Source of the DNA: an uncultured Planctomycetia bacterium
GTDB lineage: Bacteria > Omnitrophota > Gorgyraeia > Duberdicusellales > Duberdicusellaceae
Direction: 5' to 3'
Assembly: GCA_964634935.1 (NCBI GenBank)
Contig: CAZWJT010000004.1
Span: 30,915 to 94,914 of the forward strand
Length of the DNA stretch: 64,000 bases
Under the pieces are notes generated by a model. That model searched no databases. It was not told the origin of the DNA and saw only the letters and a program-made list of their open reading frames with translations. The position numbers and the translations under genes are program-made. Numbering within the stretch: the stretch's first letter is position 1; each line of letters begins with the position of its first letter. This document shows positions 38,892 through 48,201 of the stretch, piece after piece.

Positions 38892-39952
38892 TGTACACAG
38901 CGACAAAAAAAATATCGAAAGGAATCAATCTTCTGGCCACTTTCTCTTGGGCAAAACTTCAGAAGAAGCACATCCCGCTCGTTCTTTATTTCTTAGTGAC
39001 CGAACGCTGCAACTGCCGTTGTCCTTATTGCTGGATACGCCGAGATACAGAAACACTTTCTCATGAGATGTCAACTGAAACAATTCTCAAGGTAATCGAT
39101 GAATTCTACGCAATCGGCACCCGCTATATGAGCATCCTGGGTGGAGAACCGCTTTTACGGAAAGACCTCGATGTGATCGTCGAACACCTGAATAAACTCA
39201 ATATGATGAACGATATCGTTACGAACGGAACGCTCATCGAACCTCAGCTGGAAACACTGAAAAAATTTGATCTTGTTTGTGTCAGTCTCGAAGGCAATCA
39301 AGAAACCCATGATCACGACCGGGGACAAGGTACCCACGCTCAGGTTATGAAAGGCATCGAACTTCTCGCAAAACATAAAATTCGATTTCGCTTTAATACA
39401 ACCGTGACTCAGCACACTGTACATTCGTTTCCGTATGTCTTAGAGTTAGCTAAAAAATACAATGCTGCAATTTCAGTAGGCATCGCGGTGGTATCGAGCG
39501 GACAGGAAAAAGAAATTATCCCGACTGTTGAAATGATAATAGATTTCTGGAAACAAGTCAGAACTTTCAAGACTCAAGGATACCCAATTGAGAAATCAGT
39601 ACGGGCAATTGACGGTTTGATAAAAAACGCGCAATTTTTTTTGGAAAGTTCTATTTACGAGAAAGATATTCCACCTGTGCACGATTACAATCCCTGCCTT
39701 TTTGGAAAATATCTCGGTTATCTTGGCGCTGACGGAACAATATTTCCTTGTCCTCACCCGGATTTATTTGGGAAGAAAGAATTCCATTCTAATATCTTCA
39801 CCTATGGAACAAAAACCGCATGGAAAAATCTTGTCCAAAATACACCCTGCTCATTCTGCAATCTCCTGCTCGGTTGCGAAATAAATAATTTTCTCAATTT
39901 AAATGCACGAAGCGTCCTGGAGAGTGCCCGTGCGTACTTTTTTGACTGGTAA
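38891..39952 (+). CDS. Radical SAM/SPASM-domain protein, paralog 4 (subfamily B)
   Basis: ERCNCRCPYC, LGGEPLLRKD, VTNGTLI, DHDRGQGT, and a C-terminal CLFGKYLGYLGADGTIFPCPHP...CSFCNLLLGC. Confidence 0.85.
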   Translation: MYTATKKISKGINLLATFSWAKLQKKHIPLVLYFLVTERCNCRCPYCWIRRDTETLSHEMSTETILKVIDEFYAIGTRYMSILGGEPLLRKDLDVIVEHLNKLNMMNDIVTNGTLIEPQLETLKKFDLVCVSLEGNQETHDHDRGQGTHAQVMKGIELLAKHKIRFRFNTTVTQHTVHSFPYVLELAKKYNAAISVGIAVVSSGQEKEIIPTVEMIIDFWKQVRTFKTQGYPIEKSVRAIDGLIKNAQFFLESSIYEKDIPPVHDYNPCLFGKYLGYLGADGTIFPCPHPDLFGKKEFHSNIFTYGTKTAWKNLVQNTPCSFCNLLLGCEINNFLNLNARSVLESARAYFFDW

Positions 39953-39956
39953 AATT

Positions 39957-41006
39957 ATGCACAAATTTTCTAAAGGATTGAAATTTCTTTTTGCTTTCCT
40001 TTGGGCAAAACTGCGAAAAAAAGATATACCGCTTGTTGTCTCCTTTTTAATAACCGAAAAATGCAATCTGCACTGCCCGTATTGCTTCATCCGTTTTCAA
40101 GATTTTACAACTCCGGAACTCTCAACAGAATCACTCATAAAGATTATCGACGAATTCTATGCCCTGGGCATGCGCTATATCAGCATCGTAGGAGGTGAGC
40201 CCCTCTTACGCAAAGATTTAGAAGCTATTGTTACATATCTTCATAGATTAAATATCTTTACTGAACTTGTGACAAATGGAACGCTCATCGCCACGCAGCT
40301 GAACGCATTAAAAAAGATCGATTCGGTTTGCATCAGCCTGGAGGCAGACGAACAACATCATGACCATGACAGAGGAAAAGGCACATACGCCCAGATTATT
40401 CGCAATCTAAGCATCCTGCAGGAAAACAACATTCATTTTCGCTTTAATGCCACCGTGTCTCTCCATACAATCAATGCCTTTCCGCATGTCGCAGAGCTCG
40501 CAAAACAATATCGCACTTCGCTTACGGTAAACCTGGCTATTCTTGATCATAATAAATCCGAAGCCAGGCCAGACGGAAAAGAAATTCGCAGATTCTGGGA
40601 AAACGTGCGCCGTTTAAAAAAAGCAGGGTATCCGATCGAGAAATCGTACCGAACAATCGATTCACTGATCAAAAATGCCGATTTGTTTGCCCAGGGAAAA
40701 CGCTACAAAGAAAAACCGCAAGGAATCGTAGATTTTCATCGTTGTTTTTATGGGAGATTGTTTTGCTATATCGGAGCAGACGGGGCTCTATTTCCCTGTT
40801 GCCATCCTGAGCTTTACGGCAAAAAAGATTTTCAGGCAAATATTTTTGAGTATGGAGCAAAGCATGCTTGGGAAAAACTCGTCGCCCAACGCGCATGTGA
40901 ATGCTGCAATCTTACTATTGGATGCGAGATGAATAACTTTCTTGACTTAAGCATTCCAGCAATCTGGGAAAGTTTCACTGCATTTCTGTTTCACCGAAAA
41001 CAATGA
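39957..41006 (+). CDS. Radical SAM/SPASM-domain protein, paralog 5 (subfamily B)
   Basis: EKCNLHCPYC, VGGEPLLRKD, VTNGTLI, DHDRGKGT, and a C-terminal CFYGRLFCYIGADGALFPCCHP...CECCNLTIGC. It is closely paralogous to 38891-39952. Confidence 0.85.
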   Translation: MHKFSKGLKFLFAFLWAKLRKKDIPLVVSFLITEKCNLHCPYCFIRFQDFTTPELSTESLIKIIDEFYALGMRYISIVGGEPLLRKDLEAIVTYLHRLNIFTELVTNGTLIATQLNALKKIDSVCISLEADEQHHDHDRGKGTYAQIIRNLSILQENNIHFRFNATVSLHTINAFPHVAELAKQYRTSLTVNLAILDHNKSEARPDGKEIRRFWENVRRLKKAGYPIEKSYRTIDSLIKNADLFAQGKRYKEKPQGIVDFHRCFYGRLFCYIGADGALFPCCHPELYGKKDFQANIFEYGAKHAWEKLVAQRACECCNLTIGCEMNNFLDLSIPAIWESFTAFLFHRKQ

Positions 41007-41764
41007 AACGATCACAACGCGAAAAAATAATTTCTCCCGAATATTTACCAGGACAAATAATCTGGTCATGTAAGTTTTTCTGGGACAGCGCATGTCTCCT
41101 TATCCGCCAACCATCAAGGGCTTCTCTCGAATATATGCAACTTGCTGCGCGGGTTATTCCGAAATACACAATGCTTAGCCTACCGCGCTTAATGAATCTC
41201 GTAAATTTGATAAAAACCATTAACAAGAAAAACATTGAAGGTGATGTTGTCGAATGTGGCACGTGGAATGGAGGAGCAGCAGCAGTAATGGCAGCGTATC
41301 AAGAAAAAACACTCAATACTACCTTACCACCGCGACATTTCTGGCTTTTTGATTCATTTCAAGGTCTACCCAAACCTACGGCAAATGACGGAGCACTCCT
41401 TACTGATAACCATATTCAAGGATTATTTAAAGGAAATCCGGAGTATATAAAAAGATTGTTCTTGCAACTGCGGATTCCATCAGAACATCTCCATATCATT
41501 CCTGGATGGTTTCAGCAAACTATACCCGAAGTAAGAAATAGGAAAATAGCGCTGCTCCATATTGATGCCGATCTCTATGATTCGATTTTTAATGTCTTGG
41601 AACAACTTTATGATACAATAGTGCCGCGAGGATTCTGTGTGTGCGACGACTATTCCTGGAGCGGAGGGAAAAAAGCGATTGACACATTCCTCGAAAAAAG
41701 GGGACTGGGGAATCAAGAAAAGTTCTTTATTGACGGCGCAATTTATTTTCAAAAACCAGAATAA
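41003..41764 (+). CDS. TylF/MycF-family class I SAM-dependent O-methyltransferase (macrocin-O-methyltransferase-like)
   Basis: A VECGTWNGG SAM-binding motif and IDADLYDS are typical of TylF-type sugar O-methyltransferases. A 4-nt overlap with the upstream gene. Confidence 0.8.
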   Translation: MKRSQREKIISPEYLPGQIIWSCKFFWDSACLLIRQPSRASLEYMQLAARVIPKYTMLSLPRLMNLVNLIKTINKKNIEGDVVECGTWNGGAAAVMAAYQEKTLNTTLPPRHFWLFDSFQGLPKPTANDGALLTDNHIQGLFKGNPEYIKRLFLQLRIPSEHLHIIPGWFQQTIPEVRNRKIALLHIDADLYDSIFNVLEQLYDTIVPRGFCVCDDYSWSGGKKAIDTFLEKRGLGNQEKFFIDGAIYFQKPE

Positions 41765-42474
41765 TGAAAACCACTCTACTCATCCCAACGCTGAATGAAA
41801 TTATCGGAATGAAAAAAATCATGCCTACGATTTCAAAGAATTGGGTAGACCAGATTATTATTTTAGATGGCGGATCAACCGACGGAACAATTGAATACGC
41901 ACAAAAAGAAGGATACACATGCATTGTCCAGAAAAAACCAGGATTGCGGAATGGATACCTGGAAGCGTGGCCGTACATTCAAGGTGATATTGTGATTACT
42001 TTCAGTCCTGACGGTAATTCACTGAGTAGCCGCATCCCCGAATTAATCGAAAAAATGAAAGAGGGGTACGATATGGTCATTGTTTCCCGGTACGCCAACG
42101 GCGCCAAAAGTTATGATGACGACGCAATTACGAGATTCGGCAATTGGATGTTTACAACAACAATCAACCTTCTCTTTAAAGCTCATTACACGGATGCAAT
42201 GGTAATCTTTCGAGCTTATAAGAAAAATCTTGTATACGCACTAGGCCTTGATCAGGAACAGACATACTCACCAGAAAAATTGTTTGCCACATGGATAAGC
42301 TGGGAGCCAATTCTTTCTGTCCGTTGCGCCAAAAAAAGACTACACGTAGGGGAAATCCCCGGCGATGAACCTCCACGAATCGGAGGAGAAAGAAAACTCC
42401 AGGTTCTGCGCTGGGGAGGTGCCTATTTTACGCAAATTCTCAGAGAATTGTTTTTTTGGAAAAATACACAATGA
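41764..42474 (+). CDS. GT2 family glycosyltransferase (short, DPM1-like)
   Basis: LLIPTLNE...IIILDGGSTDGT... It is paralogous to 54016-54684. Confidence 0.8.
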   Translation: MKTTLLIPTLNEIIGMKKIMPTISKNWVDQIIILDGGSTDGTIEYAQKEGYTCIVQKKPGLRNGYLEAWPYIQGDIVITFSPDGNSLSSRIPELIEKMKEGYDMVIVSRYANGAKSYDDDAITRFGNWMFTTTINLLFKAHYTDAMVIFRAYKKNLVYALGLDQEQTYSPEKLFATWISWEPILSVRCAKKRLHVGEIPGDEPPRIGGERKLQVLRWGGAYFTQILRELFFWKNTQ

Positions 42475-43478
42475 ATCATTCTTGCGACAGTTCAGAAAGT
42501 TTTCCCACAGAGATAGCCGAAGATATTCTTCTGCGGCTTTATACTATCATGATGCAGATTCGGCTTGTTGAATTAAGGATAGAAGAAGAATATCCAAAAA
42601 ATCAGATAAAAACCCCTATACACCTATGCATCGGCCAAGAAGCAACCGCAGCAGGAATCTGTATCCATCTCACCAAAGACGATTATCTCTTTAGCAACCA
42701 TCGCGGACACGGCCATTACTTGGCTAAAGGCGGTAATTTGGCAGCGATGATAGCCGAACTTTACTGCAAAAAGACCGGTTGTGCTGAATCGCGAGGAGGC
42801 TCGATGCACCTCATCGATACTGACTGCGGAATAATGGGTTCGTCCTCAATTGTAGCGGGAAATATCCCTATTGCTACCGGAGCAGCTTTAACCTCTCGCT
42901 TGAAACAACAAGGCAAAATCTCTGTTGTTTTTTTTGGCGATGGGGCTTCCGAGGAAGGGGTATTCTTTGAAAGTATGAATTTCGCGGCGCTTAAGAAATT
43001 GCCGATTCTTTTTGTATGCGAAAATAACTTTTATTCAGTTTGCTCACACCAGAGTGCCCGTCAAGCGAACCTCAATATTGCCCAACGCGCTAACGCTTTT
43101 GGGATCAAGAACTTACGGATCGACGCCTCAAATGTGCTTACGGTTTATCAGCATGCGCAAGAAATTATCGCATCAATGCGCGCGCTGAACGAACCATTCT
43201 TGCTTGAATGTCAAGCGTATCGGTTCCGCGGCCATGCTGGAGAAAATGACCCACTGAAAGATGAGTATCGGAACCTCATGGAATGGAAAACCTGGATGCA
43301 AAAAGACCCTGTGGAAAATTTTGAGATCCTGCTTACCCAACAAAACATACTGACTCCAGAAAAAAAAGATTCTCTCATCCAAACGTTACGCCAGCAGATT
43401 GATGCAGCATTTGTCTTTGCCCAAACATCCCCGCTCCCAAAAAGCGAAGAACTATTTGATAATCTTTACCACCCATAA
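42471..43478 (+). CDS. Thiamine-diphosphate-dependent dehydrogenase E1 component, alpha subunit (stand-alone, sugar-locus type)
   Basis: HLCIGQEA...HRGHGHYLAKGG...GSMHL...GIMGSSSIVAGNIPIATG...FFGDGASEEGVFFESMNFA...FVCENNFYS are E1-alpha TPP-binding motifs. There are no E2/E3 genes nearby. Confidence 0.9.
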   Translation: MNHSCDSSESFPTEIAEDILLRLYTIMMQIRLVELRIEEEYPKNQIKTPIHLCIGQEATAAGICIHLTKDDYLFSNHRGHGHYLAKGGNLAAMIAELYCKKTGCAESRGGSMHLIDTDCGIMGSSSIVAGNIPIATGAALTSRLKQQGKISVVFFGDGASEEGVFFESMNFAALKKLPILFVCENNFYSVCSHQSARQANLNIAQRANAFGIKNLRIDASNVLTVYQHAQEIIASMRALNEPFLLECQAYRFRGHAGENDPLKDEYRNLMEWKTWMQKDPVENFEILLTQQNILTPEKKDSLIQTLRQQIDAAFVFAQTSPLPKSEELFDNLYHP

Positions 43479-43486
43479 GAAAAACT

Positions 43487-44530
43487 ATGCCTTGGACAAA
43501 ATTCCTGATTGAAAAAGAAGAGCCGGGATATGATGAGAATCCGAAGATTACCGACCGTAAATTTACCGCTCCCCAGGCAATTTGCGAAACACTCAGTCAA
43601 GCCCTGGCGCTTGATCCAAATATTTTTGTCATGGGTCAAGGAGTCGATGATCCAACCGGAATGTTTGGCACCACCTGCGGATTACAGAAAAGATTCGGGC
43701 CTGAGCGGGTCTTTGATACACCGCTTTCTGAAAATGCCTTGACGGGAATCGCTACAGGCGCTGCGCTTACGGGATTAAAACCGATTTATCTACATAATCG
43801 ACCTGATTTTCTTCTCCTTGCCATGGATCAAATCATAAATCACGCGGCCAAACTCAGCTATATGTTTGCGGGAAAATTAAAAGTCCCCTTGGTAATTATG
43901 GCCACGATCGGTAAGGGTTGGGGTTCAGGACCCCAACATTCCCAATCACTCCACGGTTTATTTCTGCACATCCCTGGCCTAAAATTAGTAATGCCATCCA
44001 CCGCCTATGACGCCAAAGGCCTCTTGGTTTCAAGCATCGCTGACAACAACCCTGTTCTTTTTATCGAGCACCGCTGGCTTTTCAAGCACACCAGCTACGT
44101 CCCCGAAGAACTCTATGCCATACCATTTGGAAAAGGACTCGTTCGCCGCTTCGGAAACGATGTGACAATAATTGGAATCTCATACATGGTAATTGAAGCG
44201 CTGCGCGCGGCTGAAGAGTTGGCTAAACAAGGAATCGAGGCCGAAGTTCTAGATCCACGAACACTCAAACCTCTTGATGAAGAAATTATTCTGCAATCAA
44301 TAAAAAAAACTGGACGCTTGATTATCGTTGATACTGACTGGCTGACCGGAGGAACAGCTTCAGAAATTGCAGCGTTTGCCGCAGAAAAAGCGTTCAATTT
44401 TCTCAAAGCTCCAGTGAAGCGGATAGCCTGGCCCGATATCCCTGTGCCGAGCGGTCATACTTTGGAAGAAGCGTTCTATCCCACGGTGCAGACGATAGTC
44501 CAAAACGTTAAAGAAATAATCCAATTGTAG
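43487..44530 (+). CDS. Thiamine-diphosphate-dependent dehydrogenase E1 component, beta subunit (transketolase-like pyrimidine-binding + C-terminal domain)
   Basis: 347 aa with a typical E1-beta layout (VMGQGVDDPTGMFGTT...; C-terminal TK_C-like). Confidence 0.9.
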   Translation: MPWTKFLIEKEEPGYDENPKITDRKFTAPQAICETLSQALALDPNIFVMGQGVDDPTGMFGTTCGLQKRFGPERVFDTPLSENALTGIATGAALTGLKPIYLHNRPDFLLLAMDQIINHAAKLSYMFAGKLKVPLVIMATIGKGWGSGPQHSQSLHGLFLHIPGLKLVMPSTAYDAKGLLVSSIADNNPVLFIEHRWLFKHTSYVPEELYAIPFGKGLVRRFGNDVTIIGISYMVIEALRAAEELAKQGIEAEVLDPRTLKPLDEEIILQSIKKTGRLIIVDTDWLTGGTASEIAAFAAEKAFNFLKAPVKRIAWPDIPVPSGHTLEEAFYPTVQTIVQNVKEIIQL

Positions 44531-44537
44531 TGACAAT

Positions 44538-45470
44538 ATGAAGAAAGAAGCCCGCATCCTTATTATTTCAACACTTTCATTGATCGGCAAAAACTTTGTT
44601 CCCTTCTTGAAAGAAAGAGGATTTAAAAATGTTTTTCTTCTGTCTGCGGAAAATTTTGACTTAACGAGAACGGATCGAGTAGAAAATTTTCTCAAAAAGC
44701 TAAAACCAAGGTATATTTTTCTTACGCACCTCTATTCAGGCGGTATCAAGCTCAACAGCGAACATCCAGCTTCTCTGATATATCAAAATCTACAGATACA
44801 AAATGCAGTCATCCATGGAGCGCACAAAACCGGAGTAGAACGCTTGCTCTACTGGGCGAGCTCTTGCGTTTATCCCAGAAACGCAAAACAGCCAATGACA
44901 GAAATGCAAATTTGTACTGGAAAGGTCGAAGATTCAAATGAAGCTTACGCAATCGCGAAATTAGCCGGTATCGCTCTCTGCAAAGCCTACCATCAAGAAT
45001 ACCGGAAACATTTTTTTACGCTCATTCCAGCGACGGTGTATGGCCCTGCTGATGATTTCAACCCCCATACCAGTCATGTTATCGCATCATTCATCCAGAG
45101 ATTCCATCAAGCAAAAAAGCAAAACCTGAGTACAGTAATCCTCTGGGGTAGCGGAAAACCTAGACGTGAGTTCATCTACATCGATGACGTCTTAGAAGCT
45201 TCCCTTTTACTTTTGAATCGCTACACACAAAACATTCCAATAAACGTTGGGGTTTCTCGGGATGTCTCGATCTATGATCTCGCAATGCTTGTGCGTAAAG
45301 TTGTAGGTTTTACCGGCAGCGTCGCTTTTGACCAAACCAAGCCTGACGGCGTCTTCCGTAAATTGCTTTCGAGTAAACGAATAAGAGCGCTTGGCTGGAA
45401 ACCGCGCATCTCTCTTTTAGAAGGCATACAAAAAACATACCGATGGTATAAAAACCAAGTGGAGGAGTAA
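44538..45470 (+). CDS. GDP-L-fucose synthase (Fcl)-like 3,5-epimerase/4-reductase; N-terminal Gly-rich NADP motif degenerate (SxxSxxG)
   Basis: It aligns with Fcl over its full length (SSCVYP, EAYAIAKLAG, YGPADDFNPHTSHVI, LWGSGKPRREFIYIDD, KPDGVFRKLL), and the catalytic Ser/Tyr/Lys are retained. The GxxGxxG is replaced by STLSLIG. Confidence 0.8.
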   Translation: MKKEARILIISTLSLIGKNFVPFLKERGFKNVFLLSAENFDLTRTDRVENFLKKLKPRYIFLTHLYSGGIKLNSEHPASLIYQNLQIQNAVIHGAHKTGVERLLYWASSCVYPRNAKQPMTEMQICTGKVEDSNEAYAIAKLAGIALCKAYHQEYRKHFFTLIPATVYGPADDFNPHTSHVIASFIQRFHQAKKQNLSTVILWGSGKPRREFIYIDDVLEASLLLLNRYTQNIPINVGVSRDVSIYDLAMLVRKVVGFTGSVAFDQTKPDGVFRKLLSSKRIRALGWKPRISLLEGIQKTYRWYKNQVEE

Positions 45471-45473
45471 ACT

Positions 45474-46406
45474 ATGAAAATCTTGGTAACCGGAGCAGCT
45501 GGCTATATTGGTTCGGTGCTGGTGGGAGAACTCCTGCGGCATAATCATAGCGTAATCGCGCTCGATAATTTCATGTATAATCAGATATCGCTGCTCGAAT
45601 ATTGCAATCAGACTCAGCTTGAAATTGTTCGCGGAGACGCAAGAGATAAAAATTTGATGGAACGTTTATTAAAAAATACCGATGCAATTTTCCCTTTGGC
45701 TTGCCTAACCGGAGCCCCGCTGTGCCAACGGTATCCATGGGAAGCACAAACCATCATCGTTGACGCGGTTCGCATGCTCCTTGAGTTACGCAGTGCGCAA
45801 CAGATAATTATATTTCCAACTACAAACAGCGGATACGGGATCGGACAAAAAGGAATCCCTTGCACAGAAGAAAGCGCCCTACATCCTATATCGTTGTATG
45901 CTCAGCTTAAAGTCGATGTTGAGAAAATTCTCCTGGCTGCGGGAAATTGTATTACGCTCCGATTGGCAACAGCCTTCGGTATCAGCCCCCGTATGCGGCT
46001 GGATCTCCTCGTAAATGACTTAACCTACAAAGCAGTCACAGATCGGTACGTTATTCTTTTTGAGCCGCATTTCAAAAGAAATTTCATCCACGTGCGCGAT
46101 ATCGCGAAAGCTTTTTTACATGGACTTACGCATTTCGAGCAAATGAAAAATCAATCCTATAATGTTGGGCTTAGTGACACGAATCTAAGCAAATGGGAAC
46201 TCTGCGCAGAAATAAAGAAACAACTCCCTGGTTTTATCTTTCTCGAAGCGCCAATTGGAGAAGATCCAGATAAACGGGATTATATCGTAAGCAATGAGAA
46301 GATAGAACAAACTGGATTTAAACCGGATTTTTCACTCCAAGATGGAATCCGGGAGTTGATCAAGGGATATCAAGTGATTCGGCGCAATCAATTTTCAAAC
46401 GTCTAA
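45474..46406 (+). CDS. NAD-dependent epimerase/dehydratase (extended SDR)
   Basis: A TGAAGYIGS Rossmann motif and a YAQLK YxxxK. Confidence 0.85.
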   Translation: MKILVTGAAGYIGSVLVGELLRHNHSVIALDNFMYNQISLLEYCNQTQLEIVRGDARDKNLMERLLKNTDAIFPLACLTGAPLCQRYPWEAQTIIVDAVRMLLELRSAQQIIIFPTTNSGYGIGQKGIPCTEESALHPISLYAQLKVDVEKILLAAGNCITLRLATAFGISPRMRLDLLVNDLTYKAVTDRYVILFEPHFKRNFIHVRDIAKAFLHGLTHFEQMKNQSYNVGLSDTNLSKWELCAEIKKQLPGFIFLEAPIGEDPDKRDYIVSNEKIEQTGFKPDFSLQDGIRELIKGYQVIRRNQFSNV

Positions 46407-46415
46407 GGAGGCTAC

Positions 46416-47402
46416 ATGATTATCAGTCGTTCACCTTTTCGGATATCGTTTTTTGGCGGCGGGACTGACTACCCGATCTGGTATCGGGAAAACGCGGGCG
46501 CAGTCTTATCCACAACAATCAACAAATACTGTTATATCACCTTGAGATATCTCCCTCCATTCTTCGAACATAAACACCGAGTAGTTTACTCTAAGATTGA
46601 AAACGTCCGGTATGTCAGCGAAATCCAGCACCCAGCGGCCCGGGCCACACTCGAATTCGCTAGAATCGAACGAGGGGTTGAAATTCATCATGACGGAGAC
46701 CTTCCCGCGCGTTCCGGACTGGGCTCAAGTTCAGCCTTTACGATTGGTTTGCTTCATGCGATTCATGCCCTGCAGGGACATATGGTATCGAAAGCGCAAC
46801 TCGCCAAAGAAGCAATCCGTATCGAGCGAGATGTACTCAAAGAAAATGTCGGATCTCAAGATCAGATTGCGATAGCCTACGGCGGTTTTAACAAGATCAT
46901 TTTCAGGAAAGATGACGAATTTCGGGTTGAGCCTATCACCATAAAACCTGACCGAATAGGCCAACTCAAAAATCATCTCATTCTCATCTTTACCGGCTTA
47001 TCACATACTGCCTCTGAGATCGCGGAGGAACAGATCAAAAACACACCCCATAAGAAGGAAGAACTCACCACAATGCATGATATGGTCAATCAAGCTGTTG
47101 ATATCTTAAATAGCAATAAAGATATCCTTGAATTTGGCGCTTTGCTCCATGAAGCCTGGAAGCTCAAGAAAAAACTTTCCTGTAAAATATCCAATAATGC
47201 CGTGGATAATATTTATGACCGAGCCCTCTCTGCCGGAGCCTTAGGAGGAAAATTACTCGGAGCAGGCGGAGGAGGATTTATGCTTTTATTTGTTCCTCCG
47301 GAAAAACAAGAAAAAGTCCGCGATGAATTGCGCGACCTGTTGGAAGTAAAATTTTCCTTTGATAACGAAGGAAGTCAAATCATATACTACACAGCCGAAT
47401 AG
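46416..47402 (+). CDS. GHMP kinase, D-glycero-D-manno-heptose 7-phosphate kinase (HddA)-like
   Basis: The N-terminus (IISRSPFRISFFGGGTDYP) and a GHMP ATP-binding motif (PARSGLGSSSAF) are present. Confidence 0.8.
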   Translation: MIISRSPFRISFFGGGTDYPIWYRENAGAVLSTTINKYCYITLRYLPPFFEHKHRVVYSKIENVRYVSEIQHPAARATLEFARIERGVEIHHDGDLPARSGLGSSSAFTIGLLHAIHALQGHMVSKAQLAKEAIRIERDVLKENVGSQDQIAIAYGGFNKIIFRKDDEFRVEPITIKPDRIGQLKNHLILIFTGLSHTASEIAEEQIKNTPHKKEELTTMHDMVNQAVDILNSNKDILEFGALLHEAWKLKKKLSCKISNNAVDNIYDRALSAGALGGKLLGAGGGGFMLLFVPPEKQEKVRDELRDLLEVKFSFDNEGSQIIYYTAE

Positions 47403-47407
47403 CGCCG

Positions 47408-48118
47408 ATGCCCTTAGACTATACTTCAGCAGATGTGGTTATTCTCTGCGGAGGAAGAGGGAAACGCCTCGGGCCACTTACGAGTAAAATCCCTAAACCA
47501 CTTCTCAGAATAAAACAGCGCCCGTTCCTTGAAATACTCATTGGCTCGCTCTACAAGCAAGGATTCCGGCGTTTTATCCTCTGCACGGGATATAAAAAAG
47601 AACTGCTGAAAAAATATTTCCAATCTCATCACGCTTATGCTCCATACATCTTTTTTTCTGAAGAAAAAAAGCCGCTTGGGACAGGAGGAGCGATATACCA
47701 CGCCCGAAAACTCATTTTGAGTGAAGCATTTTTTGTGTTGAATGGAGACAGCCTCTGCCGATACCCTCTCAAAAAAATATTTTCCTTCCATCGCCGTAAG
47801 CATGCCGATGTTTCGATTCTCTTGGCGAAGCAAAAAGAGCAGGCTGAATGCGGATTCGCGAAGCTTGATCACAACTCAAAAATTGTCACTTTTTCGGAGA
47901 AAGAAACGATCCGGACCAAAACCTATATCAATACAGGAGTTTATGTATTCAGCGGTAAAATTTTCCAGAGAGTTCCCTGGCGAGGATCATTTTCATTAGA
48001 ATATGATCTTTTCCCGAAACTCTGCAGCCATGGTAAGCTTTATGGATTGCCTAGTGTATGTACTTTCCTGGATATCGGAACCCCCCAGCGCCTTCAGAAA
48101 GCTCAGCGTTCTTTATAG
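47408..48118 (+). CDS. Sugar-phosphate nucleotidyltransferase, D-glycero-D-manno-heptose 1-phosphate guanylyltransferase (HddC)-like
   Basis: ILCGGRGKRLGPLTSKIPKPLL is a nucleotidyltransferase G-rich loop, and 236 aa is a typical HddC size. Confidence 0.75.
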   Translation: MPLDYTSADVVILCGGRGKRLGPLTSKIPKPLLRIKQRPFLEILIGSLYKQGFRRFILCTGYKKELLKKYFQSHHAYAPYIFFSEEKKPLGTGGAIYHARKLILSEAFFVLNGDSLCRYPLKKIFSFHRRKHADVSILLAKQKEQAECGFAKLDHNSKIVTFSEKETIRTKTYINTGVYVFSGKIFQRVPWRGSFSLEYDLFPKLCSHGKLYGLPSVCTFLDIGTPQRLQKAQRSL

Positions 48119-48201
48119 TCTTCCCGGAAAGTTTCAATAACGGTATGAAAAAAACCAAAACGGTGGTATACTTTATAGAATAACCCGGAGAATAAAAGTA
48201 A

